A DNA stretch of 60,385 bases, the filler included, from Basidiobolus meristosporus CBS 931.73 (taxonomy: Eukaryota > Fungi > Basidiobolomycota): NCBI GenBank assembly GCA_002104905.1. It is 3 parts of 3 records of this genome, joined end to end, with 100 filler letters (N's around TTAATTAATTAA, not from the genome) between each part and the next. Parts side by side here need not be neighbours in the genome. Positions count along the whole stretch, not along the records: positions 49,262 to 60,385 come from MCFE01001284.1; 2 more parts are not named here. One strand, 5' to 3'. The position numbers were made by a program, and so were the translations under genes. The notes below the pieces were generated by a model. It saw only the letters and a program-made list of their open reading frames with translations, was not told where the DNA came from and did not search any database. Positions within the stretch are counted from its first letter, which is position 1; the number at the start of each line of letters is the position of its first letter. This document shows, piece by piece, positions 49,262 to 59,136 of the stretch.

Positions 49262-50383
49262 CACCTTCAGTCCTTCGGGAATGACTAGAAATGTATTGCG
49301 GCCCCTAAGTACTGAAAGATGCCCGAAGAGCTTCTAAACATTATCCATCTCAAGCCTATATTAAACGATTCCAGCTCTCGTCAACTCTCTTCAGATGAGC
49401 TGGAGAAGTGGGACATTGTTACCAATAGTGACAGGCTCGCAATGTTTGGATAACCCAAAGTGGCTTTGACAGTAGTTAAGTCACTATGTATTCCAACCGG
49501 TCTGTTCTTTCGAAAGAAGTATATGCACAGGGCAGTGGTGTATATCGCTATTCTACCTTTTGGGTGAGCCCTTCCCATATGCATACACAGGCTCTAGGGA
49601 CAGTTTCTGCAGTCCCTGGAATGGCTGGTGGTAAGGTGCTTTTTATATTTTATTTACTGAGCAGGTGCTGATGTTTTACACAGCGGTGATCCGCCACTTA
49701 CGCAGCCTTCAAAAGATGGAACATGACGGAGGTAGGCCCGTGTTGTGAATCCGCCAGATCAACATTTGTATTGAGTTGGCCCATATAGGTTGGATTACTC
49801 ATTTATTACATGAAGCCGAGAATGGGGTTACATCAGATATATCGTAGCATTCGACTCATCCAAATTTTGAGAGTAGGATATATTTACTTACCTGGATGAA
49901 AGTATGTCAGCCAGCACTCTTAGAGAGAATACTGGTGGCACTCGTGCGGGTAATATCGATTGAAACAGGCGGGGGGGTGAGCAATTGGCTAAATAAGCCA
50001 TTGTATAGAGTGTGTTTTTCAACTGTTTCTTTTTATTCTACCTAAGCACGCCTAAAACCGCCCATAGGTAAGTGTTCAGTAAGAATAAGGTAGAGGATAT
50101 GGGCTAATTGCACTGGATATAAAGGGTTGTTGGGTATCTGGAAGAATAAGCAGTCATTTCATACACAGGATTTCTGGAAGAGATTGATGAGGGTCGGATT
50201 GAAAACAAACCAGCGTCACAGATTGCTATTGACTCATGGAACCTACAGAAATCAGCCACGATTCGGGTCGTTGTTCTTGCAGTTCGCGCTGATGAGGCAC
50301 TTCACCGTGATGCAAATCATCCCTTTTCCAACTTTATCTCATCAAAGCAAGAAGACCTCCGCACAAAGATGCCTCAGACATAG
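49262..50383 (+). pseudogene. AOX: Alternative oxidase pseudogene, intron-containing, 5' part in the gap
   Basis: Exon pieces translated by hand: VVKSLCIPTGLFFRKKYMHRAV, LGTVSAVPGMAGG, RHLRSLQKMEHDG, GWITHLLHEAEN, VFFNCFFLFYLSTPKTAHR, VGYLEE*AVISYT, IAIDSWNL...VRADEALHRDANH; in-frame TAA at 50147-50149; GT-AG introns between the pieces. Confidence 0.85.
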
Positions 50384-50583
50384 GGAAGTGGGCCTAGTCA
50401 CAAATATCATGTATATTAGTAAATAAAATGGTTTATATGTATGTCTACTGAAGGCTAATCTGAGATTACAATTGACCCTGTGGCTGTCAAAGGGCCAGAA
50501 ATCAATCTTATGGTTACTAATTAATTGAATTCATTGTTCCCAATTTTAGAGCTTCACATTTGATACACAATGTATGTATATTG

Positions 50584-50930
50584 TGTTGTAAGAGTCTTGG
50601 AGATATTGGAAGTGATAGGGAGAACAAGTAGATTATGTGGTTTTCACCCAATGATTTATTGAATGTAAAAGTAGTATTTATACTTTTACATGGTCTTGGC
50701 ATTACAAACATGTTGAATAGGTTAAGGAAGGTCCCCAGAGCAGATGGGTAAAGTTTGGGGCTGTTTGGAAAACTAAACTAATTTTCATGCTCTGGGTACC
50801 TGATGTTTTGGTGAAAATATTCTAAGTAAATCCCAAGAAGGAATTTGATTGGTATTCACTGAGACTTGTGGTTGGTAATCAAGTGACTAAGTTAGGGGAA
50901 TAATTGGGTGGGATTACAAATCTTACAACA
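50584..50930. repeat. Copia solo LTR, same family as 2327-2676
   Basis: TGTTGTAAGAGTCTTGGAG...TCTTACAACA; flanks TATTG and CTTTC do not form a TSD. Confidence 0.85.
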
Positions 50931-51443
50931 CTTTCTATCATCATCAATAAGTAGTTTTGGTATTAAAAGTTTCATGGCATTTTTGCTAGGCCTGTAGGGG
51001 TTTCTGGGTGTTGTGCATACTTGTTTTGAGCATGCAGCTGAGTTAACATAATTTGCTAGTGCAACTCAAGCTATTATCAACAAGATTTGTAATATTGCAT
51101 GATGCTGCATACATTAGGTGTATGGCATTAATGTAAATAAGGGTGAGTGTGGGGTATCAGAGCTGTTGATGGTGGCCTGGGTAAAGGTGATAGCAGCAAT
51201 GGTAATTGTGAGTGGCCAGTTGAGATATATTGGCATATCAATATGTGACTCTATAGTCAGTAAGCAAAATCACTTGATGGACAGAGTATTGCTTCTGCTG
51301 TGATAGCTTTGGAGATATTGGAAGTGATTAGGAGAATAAGTAAGCTATGTGGCCTTTGCATAATGATACATTGAATGTAATAGTAGTAGTCATATTTTAC
51401 ACAGTGTTAGCAAAACAGATGTGTAAAATATGTCTAGGAAGAC

Positions 51444-53807
51444 TCAGGGGAGGGAAAGTCACCAAGTTGGTGAAATCTTTATTTGAGTTAAGAACTAATC
51501 TAAGTACAAATAAAGAAGCCAATTAAGAGGTCTAGAACCTCTCTAATAAGTAATCTAATCTATGTTTTGTTTCATCTCTAATGTTTGTTTCAATAAAGTA
51601 AAGCTCATCAGGGGTAAATATAAAATTCAGGGGTTTTGGGGGAAGTACAAATTGTAGATGTTTCTGATCAATATAATCCAAGACTGGAACCCAGCCTGGG
51701 ATTAGGTGTAGTAGGAAAGGTGTGTGGACTTGTAAGTAGCTCTGCCACATAGATCTTAGATGGTCCTGAGCCAGTAGTCTTGGTTTCTCAGCTTTTTGAA
51801 GTTTTGAAGCAAGCTCGGTTACTACAGCAGAGCCAACCAGGGTGTGCCAGCAAGAAGATTTCAGGGAGGAGTTAGATTGAAGCCATTGTTTGATGGAGGG
51901 GTTATGTGATTTCTGAAGTTTGACTAGGAAGGAAGCCCGGAGATAGATCATTTGGATTTGGTATGGGTAGAACCCAAAGGCTCCATTAGTTGCATGGATA
52001 TAGGGAGATACTGGAAGATAAGGTACCAAGGATCTGATACACTGATGGAGAAATTTATCCAGGCGGTGAAGTTCTCTGGAGGTAAGGGGTATAATGTGGA
52101 GACCAAATTCAAGTACCGGCAGTACATACTGCTTCAGAAGTATAGGGATCTTTTGAATTGGAGTGTCTGGAGTGACTACTACCAGAAGCTTTTTGAGAGC
52201 CTGTTGGGCAAGACGGATCCTATTATTCAGGTGGAGCTTTGTGTCAATCCCATGTTGACAAAACGGCAGACCTAGATATATTGCAGTTTGTTGTGGCAGA
52301 ATGCTAGTGTTCTGTATAGTTGTAGTGCATCCAATTGGGACTGTCTTGGAAATTGAGAGTGAGAGGTTGTTGGCAGCCAAGTACTTCTCAATGATGGCAG
52401 TGTCTGCTATGGGATTAGGAGTAGCAATCTTGATATCATCTGCATAGAGAGTTAGAAGTGGATAGGGAGAGTCTGGTGAGGGGCCTTTTGGAAATAAAGG
52501 AAAGTCATGTAGGAATATCACAAATAATAAGGGACCTAGTACAGATCCTTGGACTACTCCATTTGGAACCTCATAAGTCTCTGATGTACAACTTGGATGC
52601 AAAATTTTGGCTGAGTTCTCACAAAATAGAGAACGTACAAGAAGGGTCATTGGTAGTGTGGTAACTGCTAATAGCTTTCTCCAAAGCAGAGCTCTGTCCA
52701 CAGAGTCAAAGGCTTTAGTAATGTCAAACAGAATGGTTGGCAATGAGAATTGAAGTGAATGATCATGGCTTAGCACCACAGCCATATCCAAGGAGAGTTT
52801 GGGCAAGAAGCCAAACTGAGAAGGATGGAATGGATATAGTTGAGATTGCAAGGATCTTGCTATTATAAGCTCAAAGATTTTCCAGCAGGTTGGTAGGAGT
52901 GAAACTGGCCAGTAAGAACCTGGGAGTGAGTGTTTCCCCTTCCCTTTGTATAAGGGTATTACATTTGCCTGTGACCAGGCCTTTGGGGTAGTCAATTGTT
53001 GGGCACAGATAGAGTAGAATGGGAGAAGTAAGTGACTCATTTTGGAGTAGCACACCCGGAGTAGATCGTAGGTAATCAAGTCATGTCCAGGTGCAGTATT
53101 TGCAGGAAGCTTCTTTAAAATTTTCTCCAGAAGCTTTGCTGAAACCACAATTGGAGATGTTGTACTGCTAGATATGTCACCAGTATGGTAGAAAGGAGGA
53201 GTGGGATGCACGGTTGAATCAAAGAATATAGGGGCCAGTTTGTCTGGTGATGGTATACTCCTTGCTTGGGGTCTCATGGCTTTGTATACTCTTGATATGG
53301 ACCTTGTGGTGGCATTCATATTTACTAAGGGCAAGGTATCCATGATATGAGCCCATAATCTAGTATGCTCAGTGATCTGTAGTGACTTGGAGTAGGAGAT
53401 TGCGCTTTCCAGGAGGTTCTGTGTTTTTGGGTTAGGGAAACATAGGTAGCTGGAATTTAAGGCAGAAATGATGGATTTCCATTTAAGTTGGTTAGCAGAT
53501 GGCTTTTGGTAGGACTTGGTGGGCAGGGCCAGACAGCCAGTGATTATGATGAAATGCTGGTAAAATAGCCATAATGCATTTACATCATCACAAATCCATG
53601 CAGGTAAGCTGGGAAGTGCATATTCTGTAAGCAAGGATAGGTAGTTGGCAAAGTCCTGTGTCTGTGATACTGAAGCTTTGGCTGGCAGGATTGTAAATGG
53701 CTGAAGAAGGGTGCCAATTGGTAGGGTTTTTCTGGCAGAAATGATAATATGTATTGGCTTGTGATCAGATTTCTCTAGTGAACCACAGCTGATATCCTCT
53801 GGAATGC
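51444..53807 (-). mobile_element. Telomeric non-LTR retroelement E1, 5'-truncated at the end of the endonuclease domain
   Basis: RT ORF open up to the 53807 junction, including the APE C-terminal SDH motif (SLEKSDHKP); conserved 3' end GGGAAAGTCACC..GGTGAAATCTTT preceded by degenerate TCAGGG. Confidence 0.85.
51532..53634 (-). CDS. Non-LTR (LINE-type) reverse transcriptase
   Basis: TAPGHDLI, LYKGKG..P.SYWPVSLL, QFGF, FDITKAFDSV, GVVQGSVLGP, LYADDI. Confidence 0.92.
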   Translation of the reverse strand: MLTEYALPSLPAWICDDVNALWLFYQHFIIITGCLALPTKSYQKPSANQLKWKSIISALNSSYLCFPNPKTQNLLESAISYSKSLQITEHTRLWAHIMDTLPLVNMNATTRSISRVYKAMRPQARSIPSPDKLAPIFFDSTVHPTPPFYHTGDISSSTTSPIVVSAKLLEKILKKLPANTAPGHDLITYDLLRVCYSKMSHLLLPFYSICAQQLTTPKAWSQANVIPLYKGKGKHSLPGSYWPVSLLPTCWKIFELIIARSLQSQLYPFHPSQFGFLPKLSLDMAVVLSHDHSLQFSLPTILFDITKAFDSVDRALLWRKLLAVTTLPMTLLVRSLFCENSAKILHPSCTSETYEVPNGVVQGSVLGPLLFVIFLHDFPLFPKGPSPDSPYPLLTLYADDIKIATPNPIADTAIIEKYLAANNLSLSISKTVPIGCTTTIQNTSILPQQTAIYLGLPFCQHGIDTKLHLNNRIRLAQQALKKLLVVVTPDTPIQKIPILLKQYVLPVLEFGLHIIPLTSRELHRLDKFLHQCIRSLVPYLPVSPYIHATNGAFGFYPYQIQMIYLRASFLVKLQKSHNPSIKQWLQSNSSLKSSCWHTLVGSAVVTELASKLQKAEKPRLLAQDHLRSMWQSYLQVHTPFLLHLIPGWVPVLDYIDQKHLQFVLPPKPLNFIFTPDELYFIETNIRDETKHRLDYLLERF

Positions 53808-53871
53808 TTAGGGGGGGAGACAGTCACCAACAGGTGAAATCTTTGTTTCAGTTGAAACAAAGAAGCCAGCG

Positions 53872-55920
53872 CTACTGTTGTAGCTTTGATACAAGAGTGT
53901 GTAGCTGAGGGGAATTTGTAGGTAAGTTAATAAGAAGTGATGATAGTTCTTCAGTGCTCAAGACACTGTTCAGTGGGAAGGGGGGTAGCAAGAGAGGTAA
54001 GAATGACTTGTGAACAACATTAATGAGGGGAATGTGATAAGGATTGATATTCATCATAAAGGGAGTGTGCTGCTGCAGATATTGCTGCCAAAGGTCTGTC
54101 AAGTACTTCAGGTAGGACAGCTTGGGTTTTTCTGACTGCAGAATATAGTGAGCAAACTTCTTGACTTCAGGATCTCCAAGTATAGTTCTCCAGCAGGAGC
54201 CAGGTGTTGTGTGGTGTGTTCTCTTCCAGACCTTAATCAGTGGGTTGTTGCAGTTGTGAAGTCTGAGGTATAATCTGGTTCTAAGGTAGAGAAGTCTGAT
54301 CTTATAGGGCATAAACCCAAAAGCACCAAGAATAGCATGTCTGTAGGGGCATTCAGGCAAATGAGGCACCAAGGAGGTAATGCACCATACTGCAAACTTG
54401 TCAAGCTTAGTGCAGTCTCTAGAAGTAAGAGAGAGAAGTGGTAAGCCAAATTCCAGGACAGGGAAGACAAACTGCTTGAGTAGAGGGAGGCAGCTGGGAG
54501 CTGAAGTTGTAGGAGAAGTAACAGCCAGTAGCTTGTGGAGTGACTGTCTTGCCAGGATAATTCTCTTCTTCAGGTGTGCTCCAGAGTCTAGTCCAGTAGG
54601 AAGGAAAGGAAAGCCAAGATATGTAGCAGAAACCTGAGCAGGTAGAGTGGAGTTCTCCAAGTTGATGGGAGAGCCCAAAGGTACTGTCTTTGCAATGGAA
54701 AGCTGGAGATTATTCTTCTGCAGATACTGGTGGATGGTCTGGGAGTCTTGTTGCACATTGGAGGAGGATATTCTGATGTCATCAGCAAAGAGAGTAACCA
54801 GGCAGTCAGCTGAGAGTCTTGGGAAATCATTCAGGAAGATGGCAAACAGTATAGGACCAAGCACAGAGCCTTGAACCACTCCATTAGGAACTGAGAACAC
54901 AGCTGATTGCTCACTTGGGTGCAGAATTCTTGCTTGTGGATCCAGAAACAGAGACCTGACAAGGAGGGTGAGAGAGGTACTGGAGAAGCATTGCAACTTG
55001 GACCAAAGCAGATTTCTGTCAACTGAATCAAAGGCCTTAGTAATATCAAACAGAACAGAGGGATACTTGCACTGGAGAGAGTGATCTTGGCTAAGTATGA
55101 CTGCATATTCCAAGGAGAGGCCAGGAACAAAGCCAAACTGTGCAGGATGAAACTTGAGAGAGTCAGAGTAGAGCTCCTGAGCAAGCAGAAGCTCAAACAC
55201 CTTTCTGCAGGTGGGCAGCAGAGATATTGGCCTGTAGGAGCTAGGATCCAGGTGCTTTCCTTTACCCTTGTACAGTGGCAGAACATTTGCAAAGGACCAT
55301 TCCTCAGGAGTAGAAAGCTGGGCTGAGCATTGCTGGAACAGTGGAAGCAGAAGTGCAGACATGGCCTTGGTACTGGTCTTCAGAAGCTCATAGGAGATTG
55401 TGTCCACACCTGGAGCAGTAGAGTTGGGAAGCCTCTTGAGCACATTATGGATTCTCCTTTGATCAAGTGCAAGTGGGATGGGCAGAGTCTTGAAGTCAGG
55501 ATGAAAGCCAGGAGTTGAGTACTGCTTTGTAGAGAAGAAGATGTTAGCCAGCTGTTCTGTTGAAGGTAACTTCCTGGAAGAGGGCCTCATTGCCCTGTAG
55601 AGTCTTGATACTGTTCTTGTTATAGAGTTGGAAGATTGCAGAGGCAAGGAACTCATAATATGATCCCAGAGCTGAGTATGCAGAGTGTGGTGAATTGCCT
55701 TGGAGTGGTGTATTGCTGTCAGGAGGAGTTTCTCTGTTTTTGGGTTAGGGAAGCTCAGGTAGCTTTGTTGCAGGGCTGAAACAATGGATTCCCATTTTCT
55801 TGAGGTAACAGCAGTAGTCTTGCATGGCAGTGAGAGGGAGGCAGACACCAGAATCAGATGCTTCACAAAGAGCCAGGCAAAGTTGAGATCATCTGGCAGA
55901 GAAAGTAGCAAACTGGTCAA
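53872..55920 (-). CDS. Non-LTR reverse transcriptase (E2 ORF2, RT part)
   Basis: TAPGVDTI, YRPISLL, QFGF, FDITKAFDSV, GVVQGSVLGP, LFADDI; no C-terminal CCHC or RNase H seen. Confidence 0.93.
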   Translation of the reverse strand: MTSLLLSLPDDLNFAWLFVKHLILVSASLSLPCKTTAVTSRKWESIVSALQQSYLSFPNPKTEKLLLTAIHHSKAIHHTLHTQLWDHIMSSLPLQSSNSITRTVSRLYRAMRPSSRKLPSTEQLANIFFSTKQYSTPGFHPDFKTLPIPLALDQRRIHNVLKRLPNSTAPGVDTISYELLKTSTKAMSALLLPLFQQCSAQLSTPEEWSFANVLPLYKGKGKHLDPSSYRPISLLPTCRKVFELLLAQELYSDSLKFHPAQFGFVPGLSLEYAVILSQDHSLQCKYPSVLFDITKAFDSVDRNLLWSKLQCFSSTSLTLLVRSLFLDPQARILHPSEQSAVFSVPNGVVQGSVLGPILFAIFLNDFPRLSADCLVTLFADDIRISSSNVQQDSQTIHQYLQKNNLQLSIAKTVPLGSPINLENSTLPAQVSATYLGFPFLPTGLDSGAHLKKRIILARQSLHKLLAVTSPTTSAPSCLPLLKQFVFPVLEFGLPLLSLTSRDCTKLDKFAVWCITSLVPHLPECPYRHAILGAFGFMPYKIRLLYLRTRLYLRLHNCNNPLIKVWKRTHHTTPGSCWRTILGDPEVKKFAHYILQSEKPKLSYLKYLTDLWQQYLQQHTPFMMNINPYHIPLINVVHKSFLPLLLPPFPLNSVLSTEELSSLLINLPTNSPQLHTLVSKLQQ

Positions 55921-56627
55921 GCTTCAAGTAGTTCCCAAAGTCTTTCTTCTGATTCTTGGTAGCTTTGTGGGTGAGCACAGTAAGTTTTGGCAGCTTCTTC
56001 TTCACAACTGGTTGCATAGAAAGGGACCAGGCTGGGTGGTCAGAGGCTCTCAAGGATCCTAGCTCAGCTCCAGAGAATTGCTTAACTTCATTCACAAAGT
56101 AGAGGGCAGCAGCAGAAGGGCAGATCCAGTCAACACATCTTTTCTCAGATTGAGCACCTAGTGCTAGCAGGTGGCTTTCTCTCAGGAAGTTCAGTAGGAA
56201 TGTAGACCTTGGCTTCATTCTTGCAGTCAGAGTAGTCTTGTTCTCAGGATGGGGAATGTTGAGATCTCCAAGCAAGATAACAGGTGTTGATATAGATTGT
56301 TGGTATTGCATGAACCTTCTGGCATATAACTTGCACTTCCTGAAGGGCTAGACTTGGAGGCAGATAGCAGAGCACCAGACTGATAGTTGGCAACTGGAGA
56401 GCAGCACAGTAAGGGGAGTAAAGAGGAACACAGAGCTGAGGAGTATTGATGGTAGAAGAGATGAAGCAGATAGAGGAGGTATTCTTTGTTCTAGGAGTAG
56501 AAAAGCAATATAGATTAGTCAAAAGTATAGAGGGTAGCTGGACATCAATCAAACACAGGAGGGAAAATCTTGAAAGAAGTCTCTCTAGAGTTGGTCTTGA
56601 TGGCTGTATGCTGTTGCAGTTAAGCAA
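55889..56627 (-). pseudogene. AP-like endonuclease domain of E2 ORF2, split by two frameshifts
   Basis: LNCNS, ILLGDLN, VDWI and SDHP motifs spread over ORFs 56244-56627 and 55889-56311. Confidence 0.75.
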
Positions 56628-56642
56628 CAGAACTTCAGGTAG

Positions 56643-57470
56643 TCAGGCAGAGGTTGTAGCTTCTTCAGAGGCAGCATTAACAATGTGACCTGCAGAGTCC
56701 CAGAGCTCTTCAAATGGTGCATCACTTAAGTCAGCAAGGAGGGAAATGGCATGGTTCTTGAGGAAGTATGCCACATCATAGGAGGGGGCTTGTCTCTTGA
56801 TGGCAGCAAAGAAAGACAGAATGGCAACATGGGCTGGAGGCTTGTTGAACAGTAGAGAGTCAGAGGATTCAGATTCTTCAGGCACTATCTTGAAGTCAGT
56901 TTTCAGCCAGTTAAGGTTCTTCTCCACAAAGGCAACAAATGGGTCAGCAATGTTTTGGTCTAGGATAACCTCCAGAATCTTCCCTTTTCTCCAGGCCAGG
57001 TTGACAATTCTTGAGAGCTGAATATTGCATGCCTTGAGTGCTTTCCTGATGTTGGAAATGGGGGTCCAGGGAACTTGCTTCAAGTACACCACAGTCCAGG
57101 TAGAAGCTGGTGGTAGGTTTGCTGGGGGCTTGTAAGTCCTTCTGTGTTGCAATGGAGCTGCAGTAGTCAGATTGGAGTCCACATTCTCAGTAGAAGGTTT
57201 TCTTGATGTGTCTTGCTGAATAGTACTGGAGCTGGATGTGCTGATAATTCTTGCCAGAACCTTGCCTGCATAAGTCTGAGGTATAGCTGAGGTGACTGTA
57301 GAGGTGGTGGCAGCTGGTGCAGGTGGAGAGGCAGAGACTGAAGCAGGAACTGAGGTCACCTGGGAGAAGGCAGTAGAAGCAGGTTTTCTGGGAGGAACAG
57401 AGTTCACTATCCAGTTGTTCTGTAAAACACTGGAGTAGCTTTTCTGTGGAACAGGATCTTGCTCCTGAAC
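56643..57470 (-). CDS. E2 ORF1 (gag-like), N-terminally truncated
   Basis: Directly upstream of the APE domain; PPASTWTVVY...PISNIRKAL...LSRIVNL...LEVILD is homologous to the E3 and E5 proteins. Confidence 0.7.
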   Translation of the reverse strand, partial: VQEQDPVPQKSYSSVLQNNWIVNSVPPRKPASTAFSQVTSVPASVSASPPAPAATTSTVTSAIPQTYAGKVLARIISTSSSSTIQQDTSRKPSTENVDSNLTTAAPLQHRRTYKPPANLPPASTWTVVYLKQVPWTPISNIRKALKACNIQLSRIVNLAWRKGKILEVILDQNIADPFVAFVEKNLNWLKTDFKIVPEESESSDSLLFNKPPAHVAILSFFAAIKRQAPSYDVAYFLKNHAISLLADLSDAPFEELWDSAGHIVNAASEEATTSA

Positions 57471-58676
57471 TTAGGGGAGGGAAAGTCACCAAAGTAGGTG
57501 AAATCTTTATTTGATTTCAGACAAGTCTAACTACAAATAAAGAAGCCAGCTGGGAATAGAAGATCCCAAAGTAAACACTAAGTTGAATATGAATGAATCT
57601 AAGCTAAAGTTAAGGCAGTATCCCAGAGTACACTGGAGTTCAGGTTCATGGGGGAGTGAAGTAAATAAGCTTGAGAAATATAATAATCTTTTAAGAAGTG
57701 GGTAACAGCAGGTGAAGGGGAGTTTTTGATAAGTGAAGTGAATCTTGAGATCAGAGATTCCTCTAATGAGAAGGTCTTGTAAACTGGAGAATCAGGAAAC
57801 TCTTTGAAGGCATGGTCAGTAGGTTCCCAGTAAAACTGGTCAGAGACATTTTGAGAGAATTGTTTAGCAATACTTTTGTCAAGTACTACCTCCAGAGTGT
57901 GATGGTTGATAAATCTCATGTTGACAATCTTGGATAAGTTGTAACCTTGTTGCTTGAGATACATCCTATGCTCAGATATAGGAATAAACTCCACATTGGC
58001 AAAGTAGCAGACAGCCCAGTCAGTAGCAGGAGGCAAATCAGAAGTGGCAGGAAACTTTCTTTTGGTCTTGAGAGGAGCAGCAGGATGTCTTGAGGAAGCA
58101 GGAACAGGCTTTTTGACAGCTTCAGAGTAGGAAGAGTGAGCAGGAGCAGATGATTCTTGGGGAGTCTTGTTGGCAGGAAGAGTTGGCTCAGGGACAATAT
58201 ATTCTTGCAGATCAGAGAAGGCAGAAAAGAGCTTTTGAACTTGTTTCTTGAGTAAAGCATTTTCAGCTTCCACAAGTGCAAGCCTTTCCTCAAGGAAAGA
58301 AATCTGAAGGGAGTAAAGTGAAGGCATAAGAAATCAGAAGAAGAGGGTAAGATGGGGTGGGTGGGTGGGAAAATTAGCAGGGAGAAGAGAAGGAAGGAGC
58401 AAAAATTCCAGAAGTCAGAATTTATAGATGGATGGACAAGGGTAGATGGATGGATTATTCCTGGGTTAGGAAAATTAGCAGGGAGAAGAGAAGGAAGGAG
58501 CAAAAATTCCAGAAGTCAGAATTTATAGATGGATGGACAAGGGTAGATGGATGGATTATTCCTGGGTTAGGAAAATTAGCAGGGAGAAGAGAAGGAAGGA
58601 GCAAAAATTCCAGAAGTCAGAATTTATAGATGGATGGACAAGGGTAGATGGATGGATTATTCCTGGGTTAGGAAAA
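57471..58676 (-). mobile_element. ORF1-only telomeric element E3
   Basis: TTAGGG plus conserved 3' end, a single 242-aa ORF, and 5' 101-bp repeats; no APE or RT. Confidence 0.85.
57599..58327 (-). CDS. ORF1-like protein, 242 aa, with N-terminal coiled coil
   Basis: LEERLALVEAENALLKKQV heptads; domain shared with E2 ORF1. Confidence 0.75.
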   Translation of the reverse strand: MPSLYSLQISFLEERLALVEAENALLKKQVQKLFSAFSDLQEYIVPEPTLPANKTPQESSAPAHSSYSEAVKKPVPASSRHPAAPLKTKRKFPATSDLPPATDWAVCYFANVEFIPISEHRMYLKQQGYNLSKIVNMRFINHHTLEVVLDKSIAKQFSQNVSDQFYWEPTDHAFKEFPDSPVYKTFSLEESLISRFTSLIKNSPSPAVTHFLKDYYISQAYLLHSPMNLNSSVLWDTALTLA

Positions 58677-58680
58677 TTAG
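58368..58680. repeat. 101-bp tandem repeat (three copies plus a partial one) containing telomere-like seeds
   Basis: Unit starts at 58368, 58469, 58570 and 58671; contains GGGTTAGG and TTAGCAGGG; recurs at 60041-60165. Confidence 0.92.
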
Positions 58681-59136
58681 GGTTAGGGGAGGAAAGTCAC
58701 CAAGTGGTGAAATCTTTATTTACTTATGACAAGTATCTAAAGAAGCCAAGTTAATCTGAAGTAATTCCTAGAAAGCTAGGTCTGAGAGATATCTTCCTGG
58801 TAAGCCAGGTCTGAGAGTTGAGAAGCTGAGTGGTACTATATTTCCTAGTTAGCTAGGTCTGAGAGAGGTTTCCTGGAAAGCCAGGCCTGAGAAGTGAGAA
58901 TCTGAATATATCTGAGCTAAGTTATACTGGTTTTGCAGTAGCCAAATTGTGGCCGGAATGGCCAGTAGACTAGGGGAACTGAGATGAATTTCTGGGCGAT
59001 CACTGGCCAAATTTACTAGGCAAGTCTGACCAATTAGCATTTCAAGGATTTCAGCCAATCAGAGCCTTTACTTTGCCCGATGGTTGATCAAGCCATCTCC
59101 CAATGAGCACACATCAATTTATTGATCAAATTTTGC
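58677..59136 (-). mobile_element. Non-coding telomeric element E4 (SINE-like)
   Basis: (TTAGGG)2 plus the conserved 3' end; no ORF homologous to E1-E3; internal repeats of AGCYAGGYCTGAGA at ~58766-58904. Confidence 0.7.

Larger units (their letters stand above)
53808..57470 (-). mobile_element. Telomeric non-LTR retroelement E2 (ORF1, APE endonuclease, RT), 5'-truncated within ORF1
   Basis: Begins with TTAGGG plus the conserved 3' end; ORF1 frame stays open up to the next junction at 57470. Confidence 0.88.

Noticed and set aside
51444-57470. Penelope-like (Athena/Coprina) assignment, or a hammerhead ribozyme at the element ends
   Set aside because: The RT has LINE-type motifs (APG-D, YRPISLL, QGSVLGP, ADD) with APE remnants; no CTGATGA...GAAA hammerhead core was found at the conserved end.
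57916-58754. ORFs 57916-58503, 58432-58629, 58533-58754 and 59589-59966
   Set aside because: Alternative frames over the 101-bp repeat and ORF1, with Leu/Ser-rich shadow composition.
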